Source of the DNA: Candidatus Sulfomarinibacteraceae bacterium
GTDB lineage: Bacteria > Acidobacteriota > Thermoanaerobaculia > Thermoanaerobaculales > Sulfomarinibacteraceae
Assembly: GCA_963796455.1 (NCBI GenBank)
Contig: CAWCLO010000001.1
Location: 512,001 to 576,000, forward strand
DNA: 64,000 nt
Direction: 5' to 3'
Shown here: piece by piece, positions 40,069 to 49,343 of the stretch
Layout of the letters: each line of letters begins with the position of its first letter
Position numbering within the stretch: the first letter of the stretch is position 1
Position numbers and translations under genes: made by a program
Notes under the pieces: generated by a model
What the model was told of the DNA's origin: nothing
Seen by the model: the letters and a program-made list of their open reading frames with translations, nothing else
Databases searched by the model: none

Positions 40069-41250
40069 TTAACTTTCGCCGCCAAACTCGAAGGGCGATT
40101 CCTCGGAGAACGGATCGAGCTCGTTTTCGGTACCCAACTCGAGAACACCGTCCATCTCCTCGCGGGAAATATCGGCGGTCGACTGGATGCCCTGAATCTT
40201 GAGCTTGAACTCGTCGGGGTTGGTTGCCCGGCGGAGCGCCTCCTCGAGCGTGATGAGGCCGTTCTTGTACAAGAGGTAGAGGCTCTGGTCGAAGGTTTGC
40301 ATACCGTATTGACTGGTGCCCTGGTTGATCGCATCGCGGATGAGCTTGGTCTTCTCCTTGTTTTCGATACAGTCGCGGATATAGCCCGTCGAGATCAGGA
40401 TCTCGACTGCCGGAACCCGGCCGAGACCGTCGGCGCGAGGTAACAGGCGCATCGAGATGATCGCCTTCAAAACCGCTGAGAGCTGGATCCGGATCTGCTT
40501 CTGCTGGTGGGGTGGGAAGACCGAGATGATGCGGTTGACGGTTTCGGTGGCATCGACCGTATGCAATGTCGACAGCACCAGATGGCCGGTTTCGGCGGCC
40601 AGGAGTGCCGTTTCGATCGTCTCGTAGTCACGCATCTCACCAACCAGAATCACATCCGGATCCTGCCGCATCGCGGATCGTAATGCGGTCGAGAACTGTT
40701 TGGTGTCCACATCGACTTCACGCTGATTGATGATGCTCTTCTTGTCGCGGTGGAGAAACTCGATCGGGTCCTCGATGGTCATGATGTGCTCGATCCGTCG
40801 CGTATTGACGAAATCGATCATCGACGCCAGGGAGGTGGACTTTCCCGAACCGGTGGTGCCGGTCACGAGCACCAGACCGCGCTGCTCCTCGCAGATCTTT
40901 TCGAGCGTTCCCGGCAGCATCAATTCCTTGAAGGTCTGGATCCGCGCCGGAATCAGACGCAGAACGAGTCCCACCGAGCCCCGCTGTTGAAAGATATTGC
41001 AACGAAAACGACCCATTCCGGGCACCGAATACGCGATATCGGTTTCCAGAGTGTGTTTAAAGCGCTCCTTTTGACGCGACGACATCATCGAGAACGCCAT
41101 CGCGATGGTGTCCTCCTGCATCATGCGTTTGAACTCGGTCAAGACCTGGAGCCGGCCGTCGATGCGCAACACCGGATGGGCACCGACCTTGATGTGGACG
41201 TCTGACGCTTTTCGTTCAACGGCCACTTTGAGGACATCATTGATGTGCAT
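40069..41250 (-). CDS. pilT: Type IV pilus retraction ATPase PilT/PilU family
   Basis: ASDVHI, GTTGSGKST, TIEDPIE, RQDPDVILVGEMRD, GMQTFDQ. Confidence 0.9.
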   Translation of the reverse strand: MHINDVLKVAVERKASDVHIKVGAHPVLRIDGRLQVLTEFKRMMQEDTIAMAFSMMSSRQKERFKHTLETDIAYSVPGMGRFRCNIFQQRGSVGLVLRLIPARIQTFKELMLPGTLEKICEEQRGLVLVTGTTGSGKSTSLASMIDFVNTRRIEHIMTIEDPIEFLHRDKKSIINQREVDVDTKQFSTALRSAMRQDPDVILVGEMRDYETIETALLAAETGHLVLSTLHTVDATETVNRIISVFPPHQQKQIRIQLSAVLKAIISMRLLPRADGLGRVPAVEILISTGYIRDCIENKEKTKLIRDAINQGTSQYGMQTFDQSLYLLYKNGLITLEEALRRATNPDEFKLKIQGIQSTADISREEMDGVLELGTENELDPFSEESPFEFGGES

Positions 41251-41381
41251 AGTTCCCCCTAAGAATCCTCTTCAAGTGTATCGCAACGGCACCTGCGTCA
41301 ATTTCCCTGCCCGGTTCTGTGTCCAATAAATCGAGTGCGAAGGCGCCACCGGGTGTCCCCAACAGCCGCCCGCGAACGCTT

Positions 41382-41485
41382 GGCTATGGGGCTATGGGGC
41401 TATGGGGCTATGGGTTTTCTAAAACGAGTTTCCTCCATAGCCTCACAGCCAGGCCGCGAAGCGGCCGAACAACGCCTCATAGCCA
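41382..41485. repeat. Paired inverted octamer repeats (GGCTATGG)n / CCATAGCC-like
   Basis: About four GGCTATGG units at 41382-41414; complementary CCATAGCC/CATAGCC at 41435 and ~41479. Confidence 0.7.
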
Positions 41486-41542
41486 TGTTGACCAAACCTC
41501 ATCGCACGATCTCTTCTCGCCCTCCCAGCTACACTGATCGCG

Positions 41543-42907
41543 ATGAATCATCTCGTCCTGATTCTCGTCATTCTCTATGCTGGGACGCTGGTCGCTCTTT
41601 CGGCCAGGCGGCGCGGTGGTGGTGGCGTTGACTACCTGCTCGCCGGCCGCAAGCTGACCCTCCCTGCGTTTGTCGCCACTCTCGTCACGACCTGGTATGG
41701 AGGCATCCTCGGAATCGGTGAGTACGCGTGGAGCTATGGCATCTCGACCTGGTTGGTATTCGGCATTCCCTACTATCTCGCGGCCGTGGTCTTCGCGTTG
41801 TGGCTGGCACCCCGTCTCCGCCGCACCGGCGCCATTACGATCCCCGATCTATTGAATCGCGCCTATGGCCGCAAGGCCTCATTGACCGGTGCGGCGGCGG
41901 TCTACGCATCGACGGTGCCGGTGGCCTACCTCCTGATGTTGGCGGTCCTCCTGCGCCAGGTGACCGGGTGGTCACTGCCTGCCTCCGTCGCGGCCGCTGC
42001 CGCATTTTCAGCCCTCTACGTCGGACTCTCCGGCTTCCGCGCCGTTGTTCGGACTGATGTACTGCAATTGTTCCTCATGTACGGGGGATTCTTCATTCTC
42101 CTCCCAGCCGCCCTGAATCACACGGGCGGATTCGGCGGATTGTGGTCTGCGCTGCCAGAGAGCCACCAGAGCTGGGACGGTGGCCTCGGCTGGCAGACCG
42201 TCCTCGTGTGGTACCTGATCGCGCTACAGACGGTGGTCGAGCCCGCCTTTTATCAACGGGTCTTTGCCGCGCGCGATCCGAAAACCGCCCGAACGGGTGT
42301 CCTGATCTCGGTTGGGATGTGGATTGTTTTTGACTTTTTCACCGTATTTTCGGGTCTCGCAGCCCGGGTCCTTTTACCCGATCTCACCGATCCGATGGCG
42401 GCCTATCCCGCCCTCGCCGATTTGGTGTTGTCGCCATGGGCCGCAGCAGTTTTCACCCTTGCCCTCTTCGCCACCGTCATGTCGACCCTCGACTCATATC
42501 TCTTCATCGCCGCCACCACCATCGGCCACGATCTCAGCCCGTCTCCGCAAAATCCCGAGCGCGAACGCCGGCAAACACGTTTCGGTCTTGCCGTCTCCGC
42601 CGTCCTGGCCGCCTTTGGGGCGCTGGTCTTCGACTCGGCGGTGGAGGTCTGGCACCACGTCGGATCGGTGGTGACCTCGACCCTGCTGTTGCCGGTGCTC
42701 GCCATTCATCTGCCGCGGGAGTGGAGGCCGAGCTCGGCTGGGGCTGTGAGCGCGATGGTGGCTGCCGCGGTGATTTCCAGCGGCTGGATCCTGACCGCCG
42801 ACAACAGCGGATATTTTTGGGGTCTCGAGCCACTGTTCCCGGCCCTCGGCGCGGCTGCAACCTGTCTCGTCTTTGACCGTATTTCATTCCATGTCTGGAA
42901 TCGATGA
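41543..42907 (+). CDS. Sodium:solute symporter family protein
   Basis: DYLLAGRKL, SGFRAVVRTD, FYQRVFAA, MSTLDS; many TM segments. Confidence 0.88.
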   Translation: MNHLVLILVILYAGTLVALSARRRGGGGVDYLLAGRKLTLPAFVATLVTTWYGGILGIGEYAWSYGISTWLVFGIPYYLAAVVFALWLAPRLRRTGAITIPDLLNRAYGRKASLTGAAAVYASTVPVAYLLMLAVLLRQVTGWSLPASVAAAAAFSALYVGLSGFRAVVRTDVLQLFLMYGGFFILLPAALNHTGGFGGLWSALPESHQSWDGGLGWQTVLVWYLIALQTVVEPAFYQRVFAARDPKTARTGVLISVGMWIVFDFFTVFSGLAARVLLPDLTDPMAAYPALADLVLSPWAAAVFTLALFATVMSTLDSYLFIAATTIGHDLSPSPQNPERERRQTRFGLAVSAVLAAFGALVFDSAVEVWHHVGSVVTSTLLLPVLAIHLPREWRPSSAGAVSAMVAAAVISSGWILTADNSGYFWGLEPLFPALGAAATCLVFDRISFHVWNR

Positions 42908-43901
42908 AAACCCCACACTGAATCGCAGGTCGAATCACATCAAAACCAAAAGAAACGCCGTCGTTTCAGTCCTGGTGGCTCTGGTTCTCCTCACCTGCCC
43001 CTCATTTGCGCGTGCCCAGACTCAGCAACAGAATGTTGTCGGAACCGAGGCCCCCGGGTTGTCACCAAACGAGCAGTACGAGGGCTACCTCTTCCTGGAT
43101 GTGGACGGCCAACCGCTTCCGTACCAAAGCGATGAGAAAATCGAGAATTTCCTTGCCAACGCCCTCGTCCTCGCCTCCGAGAAAATCCCGGTGGGTGTCA
43201 CCAGCCCACAAAAACTCACGCTTGCCTATGGCGACATCCGTGCCAACGCCGCCTTCAAACACATCGATCGGACGGAGAGAAACGTCCGGACAAAGGTCGC
43301 CGGCAAGCAGCAAAACCACCGCGAATGGCGTGACTGGTACGGTTATGACATTGCAGCATACCGAGTCGATCGTTTGCTTGGCCTCTATCGTGTCCCGCCG
43401 ACCGTCGCCCGAAAAATCAAGCGCAACCGGGGTTCCGTCACAATCTGGATTCGAGATACGATACCCGAACGCGAGCGGCTGAAAAAAGCCTTCGAACCAC
43501 CCGACATCGCGCGATTCAACCAACAGCAACAAACCCTGCGCCTCTTCGAAAATCTGGTGGCGAACGAAGACAGCAATCTCGGAAACACCCTGATCGATGG
43601 GAACTGGCGTTTCTGGTTCATCGATTGTTCACGCTGTTTTGGAACCTCCAAGGACCTTCTTTATGCGGAAGCCATTCGACATTGTGACCGTGAGGTCTTG
43701 CAGGCATTACGAGACCTCGACCGGGACGAAGCAAAAGAGGCCCTGTCTGATTTTCTCAGCCGATACGAGATCAACGCCCTCTTCGAGCGCCGCGACAAGA
43801 TCATCGCCCATGTCGAAAAGCTGATCGCGGAACTGGGTGAAGAGATGGTGCTTTTCGATTCGAGGCCACCGACCGAACGCGCCCCATGGGTCACAGATTG
43901 A
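42891..43901 (+). CDS. Secreted atypical kinase-fold hypothetical protein, paralogue 1
   Basis: Signal-like segment ending ARA; AAFK, IAAYRVDRLLGL..VPP, NEDSNLGN, IDCSRCF; start uncertain. Confidence 0.65.
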   Translation: MSGIDENPTLNRRSNHIKTKRNAVVSVLVALVLLTCPSFARAQTQQQNVVGTEAPGLSPNEQYEGYLFLDVDGQPLPYQSDEKIENFLANALVLASEKIPVGVTSPQKLTLAYGDIRANAAFKHIDRTERNVRTKVAGKQQNHREWRDWYGYDIAAYRVDRLLGLYRVPPTVARKIKRNRGSVTIWIRDTIPERERLKKAFEPPDIARFNQQQQTLRLFENLVANEDSNLGNTLIDGNWRFWFIDCSRCFGTSKDLLYAEAIRHCDREVLQALRDLDRDEAKEALSDFLSRYEINALFERRDKIIAHVEKLIAELGEEMVLFDSRPPTERAPWVTD

Positions 43902-44050
43902 GGCAACCCCCAAACAGCGACACAAACCGAGCCCGACAATAAAACCGTCATCAACCTCTCGGCAGCTCTCACCAGCCGCAATGATGTCGCTGGACCTCGC
44001 GCTGCGCCCTTTTTCATCGGGAACGAGGTATTCGAAACTCTCTGATCGTC

Positions 44051-44079
44051 TTGACACCGGGATCCGATATCTCTAGGTT
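44051..44079 (+). promoter_or_regulatory. sigma70 promoter, probably giving a leaderless transcript
   Basis: TTGACA-17bp-TAGGTT, 7 nt before ATG at 44087. Confidence 0.6.
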
Positions 44080-44086
44080 GATATTC

Positions 44087-45043
44087 ATGACTCCGGACAA
44101 AATTAGTCGAGCGCTGTGTGCGGCCATGCTTCTCGCGATTTCGGTGATGCCGGCCGTCGCTGCAGGCCAACTCGAGGAACCTTCGGACTCCCAGTCGCTC
44201 GCCGACGACGATGCTCGATTCGATGGCTATCTCTTTTGCGACGCGAACGGCAGCCCACTGCCCTTCCAGACCGATGCCGAAATCGAAGAACTGCTCGCCG
44301 AGTCCCTGATCGTCTCGGTGCAGAAGATCCCGGTTGGCGTGACGAGCCCGCAGAAATTGGAACTCGCTCATGGCACCCTCCGATTCAATGCGGCATTCAA
44401 AAAAATCGATCGGAAACAGCAGAACGTCACGATCAAGACCGGCGGGAAACCCCGCCACTATCTCGAATGGCACGATTGGTACGGCTACGATATCGCCGCC
44501 TACAGGCTGGACCGGCTCCTCGGTCTCAACCGCGTGCCTCCGGTGGTCGAACGCAAAATCAAGCGCGACAAGGGCTCTGTCTCGGCCTGGCTCGAGGGCT
44601 CGATCACCGAGAAGGAGCGCCAGAAACGCGGGATGGACCCTCCCGATATTGCCCGTTTCAACCAACAGAAACAGACCCTGCGTTTGTTCGACAACCTGGT
44701 GGCAAATCAAGACAGCAATCTCGGAAACACCCTCATCGACGGCAATTGGACAATCTGGTTCATCGATTGTTCACGGTGTTTTGGAACTTCGAGCGAGTTG
44801 ATCTATCCGCAGGCCGTCACCCATTGCGATCGTGAGGTGCTCCAGGCGCTTCGTGATCTCGACATTGATGAGGCGACCGCCGCCCTGTCCGGTTTTCTCA
44901 GCCGGTCCGAAATCAAAGCCCTCTTCGAGCGCCGCGACAAGATCCTGGCTCACATCGATGCCCTGATCGAAAAAAGCAGCGAGGAGATGGTGCTCTTCGA
45001 CAGCCGCCCACCCACCGACCGGGCCCCCTGGGTCGAAGATTGA
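44087..45043 (+). CDS. Secreted atypical kinase-fold hypothetical protein, paralogue 2
   Basis: Clearly homologous to 42891-43901 (shared DWYGYDIAAYR, PPDIARFNQQ, DSNLGNTLIDGNW, FDSRPPT); signal peptide. Confidence 0.7.
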   Translation: MTPDKISRALCAAMLLAISVMPAVAAGQLEEPSDSQSLADDDARFDGYLFCDANGSPLPFQTDAEIEELLAESLIVSVQKIPVGVTSPQKLELAHGTLRFNAAFKKIDRKQQNVTIKTGGKPRHYLEWHDWYGYDIAAYRLDRLLGLNRVPPVVERKIKRDKGSVSAWLEGSITEKERQKRGMDPPDIARFNQQKQTLRLFDNLVANQDSNLGNTLIDGNWTIWFIDCSRCFGTSSELIYPQAVTHCDREVLQALRDLDIDEATAALSGFLSRSEIKALFERRDKILAHIDALIEKSSEEMVLFDSRPPTDRAPWVED

Positions 45044-47244
45044 CGGCGAAAACCGAGGCTGAGCCGTCACAATCCTCTTCGAGAGCGAAGAAAATGACCC
45101 TGTCACGGAAGATCGTTATCGGATTGACGGCGGGAATCGGCTGCGGCGTGGTTTTTGGCGAGTTGTGCGGTCGGCTTGAAATCGTTGGGCAGGCATTCAT
45201 CGCCCTCATGCAGATGACCGTGCTGCCCTACATCGTGCTCGCCCTGATCGTGAACATCGGCAGTCTCACCATTGAAACGGCGCGCCAGATCGCCGGACGG
45301 GCGGCGGCGGTTCTCCTGGGAATCTGGACTGTGGCCATCGCGGTCATTTTATTGCTCATGCTCGGACTTCCCGAGTGGAAGACCGGGGGCTTTTTCAGCG
45401 ACAGCCTGACGGCGCCACGCGAGCATGTCGACTTTGTCAGCCTCTACATTCCTTCGAATCCGTTTTATTCGCTGGCTCAGAACATCGTTCCAGGCGTCGT
45501 CCTATTCTCCATTTGCATCGGGGTCGCGCTGATCGGCCTCGAAAAAAAGGAGACGCTGATCCGTCCAGCCCGGGTTCTGCTCGATGCGATGACAAAGGTC
45601 ACCCACGCTGTCGCTCGACTCACGCCCTACGGTGTTTTCGCGATCGCGGCCAACGCCGCCGGTACCATCACATTGTCCGAGATCGACCGGCTCCAGGGCT
45701 ATATGATCATCTACGGAACAGCGACCATATTGCTCTCCTTCGTGGTCTTGCCTCTGGCTGTCGCGGTCGTGACACCCTTTTCGTACCGCGAGGTCTTGTC
45801 GGCCTCGCGCGGCCCCCTGCTCACAGCCTTCGCCGCCAACAACTACTTCATTGTCCTACCAATGCTGATCGAAAACCTCAAAGAACTCTTTCGCCGGCAC
45901 GATATCGGTGGCGACGACACCGATCGAACAATCGATATCGCACTGCCGATTGGATTTCCATTCCCGAACACCGGTCGCTTGCTGGCACTCATCTTCATTC
46001 CATTTGCAGCCTGGTACGTCGGCAGACCACTTCTCGCACTCGATTATCCAAAACTGGTCGTCGCCGGATTACCTAGCCTTTTCGCCAAGGTGACGATCGC
46101 CGTTCCATATCTTCTCGATCTGATGCGCCTACCCGCCGATCTCTTCCATCTGTTTCTCCTGACCGGCATTCTCAACGGCCATCTTTCATCGCTTGCCGGG
46201 GCAATGCATCTTTTCGCCTACACCGCCATCACCACCGCCGCCGTCACCGGCCATCTCAAATTCGCTCGCAAAAAAGCTATGGCCACCACGATCGTGACCA
46301 CCGCTCTCATCGCCATCTGCATTGCCGGGACCCACACCTACCTGAAGTGGACCCTCGATCAGTCGCAAGAAACAGGTCAAATCGTCCGCAAAATGGGCAT
46401 GATCTCGGCTCCCGCCCAGGTGACCATGCTCGACCGTGGGGAACCGAATCCCGAGGCGTTGAGTCCAGGACAGAGCCGCCTCGACAGAGTGCAGCAACGA
46501 GGAACGCTGCGCGTCTGCTATCTGAGGGACAACCTGCCCTTCTCCTATCTCAATCAAAACGGCGAACTGGTCGGCCTCGACATCGAAATGGCTCACCAGT
46601 TGGCCAACGATCTTGGAGCGAGTCTTGAACTCGTGCCGATATCCAGCCCGGAGAACACGCAGCAACATCTCGATGAAGACCATTGCGAAATAGCGATGTC
46701 GGGCTTTGCTGCGAGCGCCTCACACCTGTTGTCGATGACCCTGTCCACCGGCTATCTGGATCTCACACCGGGTCTCGTGGTGCCGGACCATCTGCGGAAC
46801 AGCCTCGACACCCTGAACGAGTTGTTGACGACACCGGATCTTCGGATCGGCGTCGTCAACGACCCCGACATCATCCGGATCGTGAACCACCGGTTGCCGG
46901 GTGCCCAAGCGATCCCCGTGCCTCGGGTGACGGATTTCTTCGGGGCTGATCCCGGCATCGCCGATGTGCTGGTGATCAGTGCCGAGGCCGGCTCGGCCTG
47001 GACCCTCGTCCATCCCGAATACCACGTCGTGGTCCCGTTCAGGGGAAACGTGAAGTGGCCGCTGACTTATCCGGTGGCCTCCGGCGATCCCGATCTTCTG
47101 CGTTTTGTGGATCTGTGGATCGCCATCAAGAAATCCGAAGGATTCATCTCCGATCTTCGTGATCACTGGATTCTCGGCAAGAACGCCGTACCGCGAACAC
47201 CGCGCTGGTCGGTCGCTCGAAACGTCCTGCACTGGATCGACTGA
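45040..47244 (+). CDS. Cation:dicarboxylate/amino-acid symporter fused to a family-3 solute-binding domain
   Basis: N-terminal DAACS-like TMs (YIPSNPF, LTPYGVFA); C-terminal RGTLRV..DNLPFSY...GLDIEMA. Confidence 0.82.
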   Translation: MTAKTEAEPSQSSSRAKKMTLSRKIVIGLTAGIGCGVVFGELCGRLEIVGQAFIALMQMTVLPYIVLALIVNIGSLTIETARQIAGRAAAVLLGIWTVAIAVILLLMLGLPEWKTGGFFSDSLTAPREHVDFVSLYIPSNPFYSLAQNIVPGVVLFSICIGVALIGLEKKETLIRPARVLLDAMTKVTHAVARLTPYGVFAIAANAAGTITLSEIDRLQGYMIIYGTATILLSFVVLPLAVAVVTPFSYREVLSASRGPLLTAFAANNYFIVLPMLIENLKELFRRHDIGGDDTDRTIDIALPIGFPFPNTGRLLALIFIPFAAWYVGRPLLALDYPKLVVAGLPSLFAKVTIAVPYLLDLMRLPADLFHLFLLTGILNGHLSSLAGAMHLFAYTAITTAAVTGHLKFARKKAMATTIVTTALIAICIAGTHTYLKWTLDQSQETGQIVRKMGMISAPAQVTMLDRGEPNPEALSPGQSRLDRVQQRGTLRVCYLRDNLPFSYLNQNGELVGLDIEMAHQLANDLGASLELVPISSPENTQQHLDEDHCEIAMSGFAASASHLLSMTLSTGYLDLTPGLVVPDHLRNSLDTLNELLTTPDLRIGVVNDPDIIRIVNHRLPGAQAIPVPRVTDFFGADPGIADVLVISAEAGSAWTLVHPEYHVVVPFRGNVKWPLTYPVASGDPDLLRFVDLWIAIKKSEGFISDLRDHWILGKNAVPRTPRWSVARNVLHWID

Positions 47245-47288
47245 CATCGACCGCTCTCTGCGGAGTACAATTCGAACGAGGAGTTCTT

Positions 47289-48827
47289 ATGCTGCCGGTG
47301 CTCGACAACGACGCGATGCGTGAAGCGGATCGACATACGATCGAAGACCTCGGGATGCCCGGTCTGGTCCTGATGGAAAACGCCGCAACCGGCGTCGTCG
47401 ATGCGCTTCGCGAAAGATTTCCCGATGTGCGGGAGATTCTGATCCTGTGCGGCGGTGGAAACAACGGTGGCGATGGACTCGCAGCCGCCCGCCATCTCGC
47501 GAACGGCGGCCACCGGGTCGAGGTATTGCTGTTTTCGGCACTCGAGAAGTTGAGCCCTGACGCCGCAAAAAACCTCGAGCTGGCGACAACCTATGGAGTC
47601 CCTCTCCAGGTCGTTGAAGGAGAGGATCTTGCGGCCCTGGATGGGGCGCTTGATCACAATCCGGACCTGATCGTCGACGCGCTCCTCGGCACCGGGATCG
47701 ATCGCCCCCTCGGTGGACGGTTTGCATCGATAGCGGAGAAGATCGCCAGTTCATCAACGCCTGTCGTTGCAGTCGATGTCCCCACCGGACTCAGCGGTTC
47801 GTCTCCCGGATTGCCCGGACCTGTCCTCCCCGCCGACCTCACAGTTACTTTCGCTGCACTCAAGATCTGTCATGTCCTGCCCCCAGCCTGCCTGCAATGT
47901 GGTGAAGTCGTGGTTGTCGACATCGGTATTCCGGCGTCAGCTTTGGAGACGAATTGCGCGATGCGGTGGCCTGAAAACACCGATATCTCGCTCATGCTGC
48001 CGAATCGTGCACTCGACGTTCACAAGGGGACCTTTGGCCACCTGCTGCTCATCGCCGGAGCACGAGGGCGGGCGGGAGCGGTCGCGATGGCGGGAAATGC
48101 AGCCGTCGCAGCCGGATCAGGTCTGGTCACCCTTGCCGTGCCCGCCCCGGCGGTGGAAGTGGTGGACGGTGCGTGTCTTGAGGCCATGACCCATGCTGCA
48201 GCGGCCTCCGAAGACGGAGAGTTCGCCGGGCCGGCAGGGCTCGACAGCCTGCTCGACCGCATGACAGCAGTCGCCGTCGGCCCGGGCATGGGCACCGGCA
48301 AGGGAGCTGCGAAGACTCTCGAGTGGGTTCTCGACACATGGAGTGGGCCATTGTTGCTCGACGCGGATGCCATCAATCTCCTCGCCGCCGACCCCGAGCG
48401 TCTGGCCGGCCGCGAGCAACCGCCGGTTCTGACCCCCCACCCGGGAGAGCTCGCCCGATTGCTGGGCCGCGAGACTGCCGAAGTTTCCTCCGACCGCGTG
48501 GCGGCGGCGCGTGAGGCCGCTGCCAGAAGCTCCTCGGTGGTGATCGCCAAGGGTTATCGTAGCGTTATCGCTGATCCCGAGGGCTCGGTGTGGATCAACC
48601 CGACCGGCGACTCGGGGCTGGCGACGGGCGGATCCGGTGACGTCCTCACCGGGACCATCGCCGCACTCCTCGCCCAGAGCCTCGACCCGGTCCGGGCGGC
48701 ACTGGTGGGAACCTGGCTCCATGGTCGAGCCGGAGAGCTCGGTGGTGAGCGGTGGCCTGCGGCGGTACCGGCGGCCTCCCTGCCCGAACTGGTCGCGCAG
48801 GCGTGGCTCGAACTCGAATCACAGTGA
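47289..48827 (+). CDS. nnr: Bifunctional NAD(P)H-hydrate epimerase/dehydratase
   Basis: LMENAA, GNNGGDG, DALLGTG, HKGTFG, LTPHPGE, GGSGDVL. Confidence 0.94.
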   Translation: MLPVLDNDAMREADRHTIEDLGMPGLVLMENAATGVVDALRERFPDVREILILCGGGNNGGDGLAAARHLANGGHRVEVLLFSALEKLSPDAAKNLELATTYGVPLQVVEGEDLAALDGALDHNPDLIVDALLGTGIDRPLGGRFASIAEKIASSSTPVVAVDVPTGLSGSSPGLPGPVLPADLTVTFAALKICHVLPPACLQCGEVVVVDIGIPASALETNCAMRWPENTDISLMLPNRALDVHKGTFGHLLLIAGARGRAGAVAMAGNAAVAAGSGLVTLAVPAPAVEVVDGACLEAMTHAAAASEDGEFAGPAGLDSLLDRMTAVAVGPGMGTGKGAAKTLEWVLDTWSGPLLLDADAINLLAADPERLAGREQPPVLTPHPGELARLLGRETAEVSSDRVAAAREAAARSSSVVIAKGYRSVIADPEGSVWINPTGDSGLATGGSGDVLTGTIAALLAQSLDPVRAALVGTWLHGRAGELGGERWPAAVPAASLPELVAQAWLELESQ

Positions 48828-49285
48828 CCGGATCAAGGCGCCACCCTAGCCCGTCCTCGAAGACGACCGAAGACTTCGGCCGAAGGCTCGCTCCCGATTT
48901 GTCGGCGGGCGATGTGGTTCTGCTGGAAGGAGATCTGGCCGCCGGGAAGACGGTGTTTGTCCGCGGGATCGTCGCCGGTCTCGGAGGCGACCCGGAATTC
49001 GTGTCGTCTCCGACCTTTGTATTGCTGCAGACCTACGACTGTGACGTCCGCGGGATCGTCCGTTTCCACCACGTCGATCTCTACCGCCTCGCGGATCGTC
49101 TCGCGGACCTGCGAGAGATAGGCATCGAAGACGTGCTCTCAGACCCCCTTGCCGTGGTCGCGGTCGAATGGCCGAAAGACACTCTCGCGACCTGGTTAGC
49201 GGCCGATTCGCGGGTCTGGCGGGTTTCGATATCCACGCAAGACGACGAATCCCGTTTGATCGAGATCATTTCACCCGGCGACTGA
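48824..49285 (+). CDS. tsaE: tRNA t6A biosynthesis ATPase TsaE
   Basis: GDLAAGKT, VSSPTF, HVDLYRL, VEW; GTG overlaps nnr stop. Confidence 0.92.
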   Translation: MTGSRRHPSPSSKTTEDFGRRLAPDLSAGDVVLLEGDLAAGKTVFVRGIVAGLGGDPEFVSSPTFVLLQTYDCDVRGIVRFHHVDLYRLADRLADLREIGIEDVLSDPLAVVAVEWPKDTLATWLAADSRVWRVSISTQDDESRLIEIISPGD

Positions 49286-49343
49286 AACCGAAATCTGTTT
49301 CGACGGAAAGATGCCCGGGTAGCTCCCTGCATCTTGCGTCTCC

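Noticed and set aside
42891..45043. Paralogue pair as DGR TR/VR
   Set aside because: Similarity spans both full ORFs and differences are not confined to adenines; ordinary duplication
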